A stretch of 64,000 bases of DNA, from contig NC_079165.1 of NCBI RefSeq assembly GCF_947568905.1, positions 71,982,001 through 72,046,000 of the forward strand, written 5' to 3'. Made by a program: the position numbers and the translations under genes. Every line of letters starts with the position of its first letter. Positions within the stretch are counted from its first letter, which is position 1. This DNA comes from Ostrea edulis. Lineage: Eukaryota. Under the pieces are notes generated by a model. That model had not been told where the DNA came from. It saw only the letters and a list, made by a program, of their open reading frames with translations, and did no database searches. Shown in pieces: positions 24,801 to 36,972 of the stretch.

Positions 24801-26629
24801 GACGAGGGCTTTTCTGTGTTTCCATGATTCCAGAGATTAAAACATCTTGGTACTAAAAGAATTCACAAATTTGATAAATTCAATTGAAAAGAAACACGGT
24901 ATTTTCCTCTCTTTAACATATCCATTTGCAATTATTGCTTGTAATTTAAAACTATTAAATACAATTGTCAAGAGCAGGTGTACAAGAAAATGGCTTTTAA
25001 ATTACACTCAAAATATAACTGGAACGTTTTTTATCCCAATTTATACACTTTCAAATGTCCTTCAAACTGTTTTATTAAAGTAAATGCTTTTTTGACTTTA
25101 AGAGACGGTTCACCCCACGCTTTGTAGTCATATTTCTTCTTCAATGTATGGTATTACGATTTTGTTACAAATTGAATTTAGGGTTTTAAGCTACGTTGGA
25201 GATAATTGGTCAATTTCTCAAAATACTGTTTAATCAAACTTGACCATGAAAAAAGAAACATCTTTGAATTTTTACAATAACAGTAATTTATGACCATGCA
25301 AGTAATTGTATTTTCCAGTATATAATAATTATGTTTCAGAAGGCATTTAAGACATAAAGAGAATTTCTATGGAAGAACTATGAACCTCGATGGGAGAAAA
25401 TGAAATACAGATAACACCTCTATTCAGGGTACACCTCTCGTTGAAATAATTTGAAAGTTCATTACTATGTGTTACAGAAAACATTTAAGGCATACAGAAT
25501 CACTTTTGGGAAAATCCACAAAATCCTAGATAGGTAAAGTAGAAAAATAAGAAAACTTTTTCTCTCTCCGGAGACATTTCCGGAGACCCCCAAAACGGTG
25601 TTCAAGTTCACTTCAAACAAAATTCTTGTTGACAGAAATTCATTGCTTGGTCAGCGTAAGTGTTCAGTATATTGCTTAATGCTGCGAGTGGTTTAAAATC
25701 GGTGTGGTCAACACATGTAGATAAAGCTTAATTGATTTTAGACCTTAATACATATCTTATGTAAATATTTTTGAACGGACTACAGAAAATAGTTCGTCAC
25801 AAAGCTTGTGTACATACGCCACTTAATGGACCATTAAAGCTTCAAAGCTGGTGTTCTCAACTAGTCACGAAGTGATGTAAAGAATATTCTTTTAGTGGAA
25901 GTACTTTCTCCAAGGCATATTCTGTATACATGTAGCTGATAATGTCCTTAGCGGAAAAACCTTTGTTTAGTACCACTTGACCTGACAGAAATGAATATCT
26001 GTAAATTGCGGGGGTTTCTTTCTTTCTTAAAGTTCTTGGGGGGAGGTGTTTTGCGAAAATAATCCGTTAAAAGGATTGTTCACTTTCTGTTAAATGTGTA
26101 TATATAATATATGTCCTTGTGTATTTTTGTATATTCTTCTCTGCACTGCAGCACTGTCTATACATGTACAATAAAGAAATTGTCAGACTGCTAGAGAACA
26201 ATTTTGTCACGACCTATGCACCGTGTACAAGTATGATTTAACTTTTACTGCGACCTGCATTTTAAAATTGCTTCATACATTTAGGCGCCTCGCAATATAA
26301 TTTCTTCTGTAGATTACTAGAAAAATTCGACTGTCGTCACTATAAAGGCATGGTCCGTAACTCTAAACACGTCAAGTTGATGAGAATGAATTAATATTGA
26401 TGTGTTTGAACATTGATGTACTCACCAGCTGGGGATATCGCTCTTTGAGCAACTGTTCAGCCTGCACCAGTCCAACATATTCCAATTTAGCAGCCTCTAA
26501 TTCCTCTGTTGACACATATCCTTCTATTTCTTGTATAGTTTTCTGAATGTTGCTGCGAGCATGACGCTTCAGAGACGGTAAATTCAGATCCGGTTGACGC
26601 TTTGGCGCTGTGCTAGCCGCCTTGAACAT
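21817..26629 (-). CDS. Mieap-like paralog C (about 425 aa as modelled)
   Basis: Exons: 26629-26426 (ATG preceded by an in-frame stop; donor gtgagt), 24852-about 24646 (boundaries less certain), 24153-23963, 23617-23446 (divergent ...KRFKNIRDNEYERAY), 23083-22982 (YAYSFCQ), 22608-22498, 22107-21817 (WLMCVQDPP...VWPAVLIQEGRKVLAKG). Phases are consistent and there are no stops. Confidence 0.8.
24143..24394. repeat. 7x36-bp tandem repeat spanning the 3' splice site of a paralog C exon
   Basis: Unit gcaggtaactcctgcag(a/t)atgtttaattgatataag. On minus each unit carries ...ctgcag|GAG. Confidence 0.95.
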
Positions 26630-28474
26630 CGTTCATAGATCACTGAGATCTGGGGGGAAATAATAAATGGTTATGAATTCGGTACAGGTCACTTATTGCT
26701 TCCTTGTCGTCGAGCAACATTTAACTTTAATGCCCATATACTCCCTTATGTAAGAAGATTAGATTGGACCCGAGAGTTTTAATAAGTATATAGTTGAAAA
26801 TCTTGAATCAATAGTAGAAATATTTACATTACTAAACGTTACCTTTTTATCTACAGCTAACTCAAAGAATCGCGAGAAAGTTAAGATACCGTCCTATAAC
26901 TGTGAAAATTGCACTGGAGAGTGTATGTTTTGAAATCAGCCTGATCTATTATACATATTTATAAACCACTCTTGAAGCCACAGCACAATGTTGGGCTTTA
27001 AAATTTATATGTCGAAATTTAAATTGAATTCATTGACGGATAAGTAACGCACTGAACTTCGCGAAATACCATTGTCAGAAAAAAAAGAGTGAATGTGAAA
27101 AAAAGGAAAGTGACTTACCGAATGGTTAAATGAATCGGATGAAAAATTCTGGATTCAATTGATCGGTAGATCAATGAAACATCATATCCCACGTTTTAGA
27201 TCAGATTGACAATCAATTCAGCATTGATCAAAAGGTAATGTGCCATGACTTAGATAGGTATTTTGGAACTTAATCATTTAACTGGTTACAAGTCAGAGGA
27301 TCGCCCTTACTTGGGGGTCGGCAGGTTGTGTTTTCTGATTTTCACCAGATAAACGACATGCTAGCCATTTAAACGATCCCGACTACAAGAACAGACGACG
27401 TCAAAAATTAGAAGAGTCGAGCAAAGTTGATAAGATCTCCATAAATATTAGTTCGGGTTCTTTTGTTTGCTTTAAATGAACTCATGTAAGGAATAGAAAC
27501 ACTTTGACACCTTGTATTGAATGCACCGACAATATTTTTCAAGAATGATCGCTTCTTTGTAACTATGCAATATCGAAACATCAAGGTTTAAATCAGTTAT
27601 TGATAAATCACAAGTAAATTGATTTACCTAATGGCAAGGAAAACAAATGTCCTTTACCTGAATAACTAGAGCATTAATTTCATTGGCAATGACGCCAAGG
27701 AAACACAAGATTTCATCGGAAATTACAAGTGCAGTAAATCAATCACGAAAACATATAACCGCAAATTGCTGTGTTCCTCGTCTTCGAGGTTTTCTTTTTA
27801 ATCGTTTTGTGCCTGGACACAGGATACCATCAATAAGTCCCCCCCCCCCCCCAAAGTTTCCTGAAAACGCACTGTGCGTCTGGAGGCTCCAGTCTTCTCT
27901 GATAACATGGAAGCCAGCTGTCGATGTTATATCTGATTGAGTTTCTATGTATAAAACTCGGATTTAAAATCTACATTGGTCTTTGGAATTAAATTGATTT
28001 TGAATAAAATATTCATAATTCTAAATGTGGGGTAATACGTATTGTGTGAGTAAGAGCAAAAGAAAGAAGAGATGCAAACCTACTTGTCCATATTCCAATG
28101 TAGCTTTCAAATAATATTTCATAGGCATGTAAAATGCAATATGAGCCTATACGTCTTGAAAAGTCTCTACACGTAATGGATAAATCCTTCAGTGTAAAGG
28201 ATGTTGATGAATCACTAGCACGGTTACGAAACATCAGGCCAACTGCCTTATTGAAGGCACAATTCAATTTCTGCGTCTAAGTATATAGAAATAACCCTCC
28301 TGCAATATGCATTCACATTTCCAATGTTTTCGCTTCTGATGTCTTTACAAATTGTAATGATAGCCATTTCCTCATAAAGGCGCTGCAGTTGTAAACAATG
28401 TAAATAAAATTATTTGTTAGAGGCATAATATTATAATGGCGAGAAATTAGAATTCCAAGAGAAACTAGTCGAGT

Positions 28475-28618
28475 NNNNNNNNNNNNNNNNNNNNNNNNNN
28501 NNNNNNNNNNNNNNNNNNNNNNNNNNNNNNNNNNNNNNNNNNNNNNNNNNNNNNNNNNNNNNNNNNNNNNNNNNNNNNNNNNNNNNNNNNNNNNNNNNNN
28601 NNNNNNNNNNNNNNNNNN
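28475..28618. other. Assembly gap (144 N)
   Basis: Run of N directly abutting a PLE 3' terminus. Confidence 1.
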
Positions 28619-28930
28619 ATGAAGATAACGAACAGTGATCAATCTCATAACTCCTATAAGCAATACAAAATAGATGGTTGGGCAAACACGGACCCCTGGA
28701 CACACCAGATCGAGGTGGGATCAGGTGCCTAGGAGAAGTAAGCATCCCCCTGTCGACCAGTCACACCCGCCATAAGCCCTATATCCTGATCAGGTAAACG
28801 GAGTTATCCGTAGTCAAAATCAGTTTGCCAAGAACGACCTAGCAATCGGTATGAAACACGTCAGACAGCATTTGACCCAATGATAGGTTGTATTGACGAA
28901 CTAGATCGTTATAACGACCATAGAATTTGT
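28619..28930 (-). mobile_element. PLE 3' fragment
   Basis: High similarity to the family consensus (gaagataacgaacagtgatc...ttataacgaccatagaatttg). Confidence 0.8.
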
Positions 28931-29947
28931 GTATATATATAATGGAATATTCCCTATGATCAAACAGTGCGACAAGATCCTGATCCACGATCAGTTGCCC
29001 AAGTTAAATCAAACTCACCGGTACCAAATGTTAGACATTTCTTTAAGTCATTACTGTACAGTGAAGTGATAATAGAGCTCAAAGGAGACACACCTCGGTG
29101 AGACACAAATTCACGTCAGGCACAAAATATCACAGAAGTTTTTATCAAGCTAAACATTTTATAGAAATTCATACCTGACACAAAATAGCAAAGGTGTTTA
29201 TGTCAGGCATAAGATATCATAGAGGTTCATACATGTGCCAGTCACATTGATTGTGAACATACATGTACCAGTCACATTGATTGTGAACATACATGTGTTC
29301 AGACCTTGGATAACAGTTATGGGGATAAACATGTACAAATTCAATGTCAAGTAATTATACATTTATTTCTAAAAGATCAGTACTAATCTGAAGTTTGAGA
29401 TAGGATGACAGGAATGCCCACAGCTAAGTAGGAAGGGTGGAGCTTTTCATTATATGCTTGAGTGCGACTCTATATTAAAACCTAGAACTATATGTGCGTG
29501 CAAAGCGCCACGCAGGCCACCCAAAAATACAACTATAACACATGATCAATAAAGTAAGTTATCTACAGTTCCTTTGACATAGTTCAAGAAAGGTACAAGA
29601 CAATCTACACTATCTAATAATCATATGTATTTATTATGGAAGAATAACATCGGTAAATGGTGTCCATTCCGATCTGCAATCCAAAAACAATGAAGCTCTT
29701 CATCAAGCACATTTTGTCCTAAAGTGGATCGAATGCTTTCTTCGAATTTTTCAAAAGAGCCTTCGAATTTTTCAAAAGTGATGCTTCTTTTATATGAAGA
29801 TCTTTAAAAATCTCAAAACAGTTGCCTGTTATTCCAAACGCCTTACTGTTTGAAATGCCTCAGATGAGCGTTTATGTAACAATTCCCGGTGCCACCGTTT
29901 TGTAAAACTTGCAATTGAAACAGTCCACGGTCATGACATGCCAATAG

Positions 29948-32900
29948 TCAAAATGCTTGTACAACACCTTTGGACATCATCGTACCATTCTCGTGTAAAT
30001 ACAGCGTCGGCCAGACAGTAAAGTTGACCACCTTTCCATGATCTGTATATTTATACTCTTTCAGATTATCGTTCATTTCTGAACCTTCATCGTGCCAAAA
30101 TAGTTTCATGGGCGGATCCTGAATTGAAAATAACCAACATATTCGAACACAGCTTTCTATGTATGTCATTATTTCTTTGGATTTATCCCATCCAATTTCT
30201 CTTAAACCCCCGCCATGCGTATGTTTGAAGATCTACAATTAAAATCAATTCATTGTTATTGATATATTATGTTAAATGTAATCACATGAAATGTTTCTTT
30301 TTAAAAAAACCATTCACAATCATTGTTAAACGCAAAACTAGATACATCAACAATAACTAGCAGTTAGATAGGATAATACAGGCTGCCATTGCTTTAGGGA
30401 AACACTAACATGTTTAGGAAATCTATTTACCTCTTGAATGGCGGGTAGAGCATAGACACCCGTGTCCTGTTGTATCTGACGAGCTGTAGGCTGCAGCATC
30501 TTCTCTGTACTGGGTTCTACTTCCGCCTAAATAAGGATTATAGACTTAATGATAATCAATATGAAGATGTTATCAATTTGATCAACTTTGAGCATTGATA
30601 ATGAAATATAATCTACATGATATGAAATATTGAAATGATGCGTCATTGTTAACGTAATTTAACTGATACGTGTATTTAGAAAACTCACAGCTGATTCCGC
30701 TACTCTTAATGGATGTACTAGTGCCTCTGTTATTTTCCCTCTATGTTTTCTAGCTTGTTCACGGCATAATTCATATGCTAACTGTAAGAAATATTAACGA
30801 TACGTTATACATACGTCATTTCCGTGTCCACAGAATCCTTGACAAACCCTCCACTCTTCTCATCAATTTACTATGATGATTTTAGAGAAGAAAAAGTTCG
30901 CTCCAAGCACTGATAGAAAAGCCAAAAAACTGCTTCTCTGGTACATTGTAATTTTCTTTAGCGATTCACAGTAAAATCTATTTTTAAGGCCCGAGTTTAA
31001 ACACTGAATTCCTTTTATCATAAATTTCTCTTCTGATCTGTTGATTTTCTGCAATCGTTCCTCACAGCAGCCATTTTGTGAAAGGTTTAGATGCTCTTAC
31101 TTTGAGTCATACTAAAGCAACATTGTATAGTACATGTATCAATAGTCTGTGATGTAAATAGTGCTCTCTTTCCTTTAGTAGTTAATGATAGAAATCATCT
31201 GCTAACCAAATACAACTGACAAGGGGTTAATCCAATTCATTTTGCCCTGGATTCATGGCCTTGATTTGTTGTTGCTACCCATCCTTTTTTGTGGGCAGGC
31301 AATATTTTTATGCTAGTCTTTTTACATATGTGTACGCAATAGTGGGTCATCATGTTAAACCCCTTATCGGATGTTTTTATTTTGTGTATATATGTTCTCT
31401 TTCTCGATGTTAATTTTATAGATGTAAGTAACAGGGGGTCATCTAGTCATTTGCAGCATATGATCTTAATTTTACTTGGTTTTAATGACCCCCTGTACTG
31501 TATATACTTTTCGTCATTTACCAGATAAATGACATTTTCTATTCTCAAACTTGTTCTGATTTGCCTGCTTTGAGCAAAAACAAAAACAAAACAAAAAAAC
31601 AACAACAACAAAAAAACGAGTGCAGTCCACTTGGCTAGTGCTTTTGAGCTAAGGATCATAAGATAGTTAATGATAGAAATAATCTGCTAACCAAATACAA
31701 CTGTCAATAAATATTACATTAATGAAGTTTCACTGATATCATTAAGAAAGTTAATTAGTTAAGAGCCGATACCTTGAGTATTTTTCTACAGTATCTTAGT
31801 AACATCAGAAAGTTGCACTGGCTATGAGACTGACTGTAAACCGCCACGCTCCGTGGTCTCTTCAGAGAATCGTTTGGTATTTGTTACATGTATATAATTC
31901 GACATGTTATTTTGTCATAATCTTACCATTAACATTGTGCTCAATTTCTTTATTATATCTTCTTCGTTTCTTATCTGGCCACTATTCTTTAATGCTTCGA
32001 AAGCGTCAATCCACTCTGTATTGTATAGTTCTTTGAAGTCCTCGGCCAATTTTGTTGGACTGTTTACGATACTAAGATCTATAATAGACGGACTGTTGTC
32101 TTTCGATTTTTTCTCGACCATATAACTGCTTAGACTGCAAATATGATAGAAAAACTTTTTACCTGTCTGAATACAGTATACAGCTTTAAATTCGCTCCTG
32201 GTTATTTTCATGGTTTCTTGTTTAAATCCCTTTTCACACAGCTTTAATTCACCCTTTAGGTGTCCATGTTTTACGTCATAGCTAGGTTTTAATACTGTAG
32301 CGAATAAAGGTTGTATACACTGAGCCTATGAACAGTTACGCGTCCCACAGCTCTTGATTTACGGTGAATTTTACCTTGTTTCGTCATATTCACTGGATCC
32401 CGCATGATCGGAGTTCGCTGATTCTTTAGCTGGAACCTTATTGAGATTTTTATGAAAATATGAAAAAAGTAAATAGTCATGATAACGGAAAGCATAATTC
32501 AAATGTAAAAAAAAAAACCCAACAAGAATAGCATTAGCACATTTATACTGTCATTATAATTATTATAGTATGATATCATTATAATGATTATGGTTCAAAT
32601 TGACTTGAACATAAAAGACAATATAATATACAGTCTAACCTTCTACAGTCAAGCCTAGAATATTTGAGTTACATCTTTAACCTACATGTAAGTGTGCCTA
32701 CTTTATAAATCGTTTACGTACATCGACAAGAGAGGTAGTTACAGTTGTTTGTCTTTGAAGGAAATTTTGATACTCCTTCAAAAGATTGTGATATTTCTCT
32801 TCACCGTCCGCCTTATATTTCAGGACTTCTTGGAGGTGTCTAGCCTGAGCAGCGACCAGAAGCTTTGTAATATCTCTCTACAAAATGAATTGTACTGATA

Positions 32901-34207
32901 CGAAAACGCTCCTGGTGCAGGATAAGATAGAAATATCAAAACAGAATGCCTACTGGAGATCCACGGCTGCATATATGTATGAGAGGGAGTATGAAAGGTG
33001 AAGATAACGAACAGTGATCAATCTCATAACTCCTATAAAGGTGAAGATAACGGACAGTGATCAATGTCATAACTCCTATAAAGGTGAAAATAACGAACAG
33101 TGATCAATCTCATAACTCCTATAAAGGTAAGATAACGAGCAATGATCAATCTCATAACTCCTATAAAGGTGAAGATAACGGACAGTGATCAATCTCATAA
33201 CTCCTATAAAGGTGAAGATAACGGACAGTGATCAATGTCATAACTCCTATAAAGGTGAAAATAACGAACAGTGATCAATCTCATAACTCCTATACAGGTG
33301 AAAATAACGAACAGTGATCAATCTCATAACTCCTATAAAGGTTAAGATAACGAACAGTGATCAATCTCATAACTCCTATAGAGGTGAAGATAACGAACAG
33401 TGATCAATCTCATAACTCCTACAAAGGTGAAGATAACGAACAGTGATCAATCTCATAACTCCTATAGAGGCGAAGATAACGAACAGTGATCAATCTCTTA
33501 ACTCCTATAGAGGCGAAGATAACGAACAGTGATCAATCTCATAACTCCTATAGAGGTGAAGATAACGAACAGTGATCAATCTCATAACTCCTACAAACAA
33601 TACAAAATAGAGAGTTGGGCACACACGGACCCCTGGACACACCAGAGGTGGGATAAAGTGCCAGGAGGAGTAAACATCCTCTGTCGACCGGTATAAATTG
33701 AATTGAATTGAAAAGTGTTTAACGTCCCTTTCAAGAATATTTCACTCATATGGAGACGTCACCACTGCCGGTGAATGGCTGCAAACTTTAGTCCTATTGT
33801 CGGCGCTTATGGCCACTGAGCAGGGAAGGATCTTTATTGTGCAACACCTGCTGTGACACGGGATCTCGGTTTTTGCGGTCTCATCCGAAGGACCGCCCCA
33901 TTTAGTCGCCTCTTACGACAAGCAAGGAGGTACTGAGAACCTATTCTAACCTGGATCCCCACGGGATAGGGAGTATAAAGAATTTAGAACATTACATCCT
34001 TTATCATGAATGTGTAAGAAGGACTAACAACTGGGTATCTGATCAGCTTACCTGTGTATCAATGGACAAAATAGGCAAGACCTGGCATATTGTCTTGAGT
34101 TCTTGAATGGCCGTGTCTACATCCGATGAACTGAAATCGCTCTCATAATATTTACCATGATGGAGTTTATCAAAGACTTTCTTCAAAGAAGTGTACTTTT
34201 CAGACAT
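29948..34207 (-). CDS. Mieap-like paralog D (about 350 aa)
   Basis: Exons: 34207-34052, 32877-32718, 32429-32375, 32134-31927 (DLSIVNSPTKLAEDFKELYNTEWIDAFEAL), 30781-30689 (LAYELCREQ), 30526-30431, 30232-29948 (CWLFSIQDPP...VWPTLYLHENGTMMSKGVV). All GT-AG and phase-compatible; 1053 nt open. Confidence 0.88.
32994..33690 (-). repeat. About 14x43-bp tandem array of the PLE 3' terminus, followed by a short PLE body
   Basis: Unit aaaggtgaagataacgaacagtgatcaatctcataactcctat from 32994 to about 33595, then ...caatacaaaatagagagttgggcacacacggacccc. Confidence 0.92.
33700..33966 (-). mobile_element. SINE-like repeat, copy 2
   Basis: Same family as 3366-3597, with an (aattg)n-type tail on the left. 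Confidence 0.65.
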
Positions 34208-36972
34208 CTTTAGAATAACTTTAAATGTAACATTTCCCCTGTCGAAATAAATAAAATTCATAATAAAGTAACTTACAACACTAGAATGAGTCATAATTCA
34301 GTTTTTAGAACCAATGTCAATGATACATGTATGTGGTGCACACGGTGTGCTAATATGTTAAGAAAAAGAACACTATTGAAATGGATAAATACCGTGCAAT
34401 TTTGTTCTCATAGAGTTTATTTAAAATATTTTCCACAAGAAAACACTAGATGCCAACACTTACCTATTCTATCACAAATGTCTTTAAGTTTTGAGGAGAT
34501 CGTAATAATTAACTTATGGACCCCTAGAGGTGTTCTGGGGTAAATCAACTACAAGTACGTTGATGATTTTTTTTTTCCACATACAGAACTAGAATTACAG
34601 CTTTCCTTTGTACTATGGCTGGAAAGTTAAACCTCAACACATTGGTCTATGGGTCGTAACTCTCAACAAATTTCCCTACCTTTAAAATTCTTTGTTCCCG
34701 AAGGTAAAATCACTCAAGATTTTGATAAAGTTCTCTCAAAACGAAAAATAACTTAAACCGCAACATGAAGACGTTACATTCCATCAAATATGAATACGTT
34801 GATTTCCAACCTCATTTTTTATACAGGAAAATCCTACACAAACGTTCATGGTTGCATTTTAAATGTAGTGTGGCCCCCTGCGGTGGACCCCGTTTGGATC
34901 AGTAGATTGGGTTCAAAGTCATGGACGAGACTCTGATTACAATGGAGTACTGCTGCATATCTGATCTTCACAACTATCAACACAATTATTCATGTCAATA
35001 GAAAGATGCAGAGATATAGTTTTAGATGCAAGAAAAAAAATACTCGTACATGCCTTCTTCTACTTGAATAGTCATTTGGTGGCACCAATCGATATATTAT
35101 AGCATTCATCAAACCACAAATCTACACCTACACAACACATCCGTTTAGTTATTTAACTAATTGTATAAGGTCTGTTGAGCATATATCACTATGATAATTC
35201 TTTATTTTTCTTCATTATGAAATCGCATAATGGGGTTTTATCGTTGATATATACTTGAAGACATAACATCATGCCATTCGTAAAACGCATTCTTACCTTG
35301 ATCTTTTTACCTTTCATAAATTCTCGAGCGGGATATAAAACAATACCGTTTTTGGTACAATGTAACTACAGTTATATATTTAAAATAACAAACTGTTCAG
35401 CACAACGCATATTTATGTAGAGAAATGTGGTTACAAAAGAATATCTGGTGAATACAAATTATTACCAAATAGGAATAGTTCACGCAATTATCAGAATGAA
35501 ACAGAGAGTATGAATTTTGTTTTCTCCTACTTTTAGAGGACGAATTCCTGTGGTCATTTCACAAACCTTTATATTATAGTAGAACGTTGTCTCAATTGTC
35601 TCATCATAAACATACATTCGTATCTCTGACATAACTAATGTGTTGAATATTTACTACTCTGCAAAATATGTTTTGTAATACACGCACATGTGCATGTAAC
35701 AAAGGAACTACATTGTGATAACATGACAACTTCAAAAGAAATACAATATGGTAAAAAAAACATCCTCATCAATTCGGAGTTATAAACACTGACCGAAACT
35801 TTTCAGTAACTATGTGCCCATTGTGTTTCACTATAATGACTTTCTGAACCTGGGAATAAAAACCTTTTATATCTTCATCAATTTCATATTTTTCGAAACA
35901 TTTCTCGATAAAGAAGCAGTGTATATAGATTTTATTATTATTCCGTGTCTGTTCTCTCCATCACACAAACACCTAAATTCAACTATTTTTAAAAAATTTT
36001 TTTATCAATGAACAACTCATTTATTGAACTGGAGAATTGTTAGATACACAGAGAAATATTAGTTTAATGCATCATATTCAGAATGTAAACCTGTAAGAAA
36101 CTTTCGACTTGTTAGCTCTCACAATGTATGATAAAATTTCTTCTAAAACTGTATATAGAGATCTTAATCAGTACATTCAACTCCAGATACGACAAATCCC
36201 ACACGAGTTGCTGCCCTATAACAATGATATTGAGAAATATCAAAACGCAAAAAAACAAAAAGTGAGCGTTTTTTCTGTATCTCATAGCTGAAGGTTGAAC
36301 TTCAGAATTTGAATGCTTGTAGAAACATAAATATTAGAATTGAAAGACAGAACCCTGTATGAAATCACATCATTATCCTATTCTAAACAGCAGGAATATT
36401 TATCCTGGGAGAATGTCTCCCATATATACATGAAAATACCATCACACATGTATAGACACATATAGTAGAAATCTTGCTTTAGCGTTTTTATTCCATAGGA
36501 TAATTACAATATTTTGGTTGGACCAAACTTCCAATTATTTGTTATTCTACTAGCATGTATGAGTTTAACATTGACCTGCGAGATATACATGTAGATTATA
36601 AAATATCATATGCATTTTGATATTTCTCAATATCACTACTACATGTATAAAGGGTAGAACAAAATCTGAACTTTGTCATCATGTCACAAAATAAATATCG
36701 CTTTTTCTTGCTCTGAAATATAATTCACATCGCGTACTGTTTCCTTTTGTTATGCTAACATAAATGCGATCAAGCTTAAACCAACTTAAAGAAATCAAAC
36801 TTGGATAAAGGAAATTTAGTCTTTTTCATCTCTGTTATATACATGTGTAATCATATTCTGTATTATAGACTTAATAATCCTGAATATGGTACATATCACA
36901 GTCACTGAATATATCACAGTGATAAGTTATAATCAGTCAAATGACTGGCTTTGATTGTTGTTGTAACTGTTA

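Noticed and set aside
28013-28267. Minus-strand 84-aa ORF (FNKAVGLMFRNRASDS...)
   Set aside because: It has no recognisable motif and no consistent splice context.
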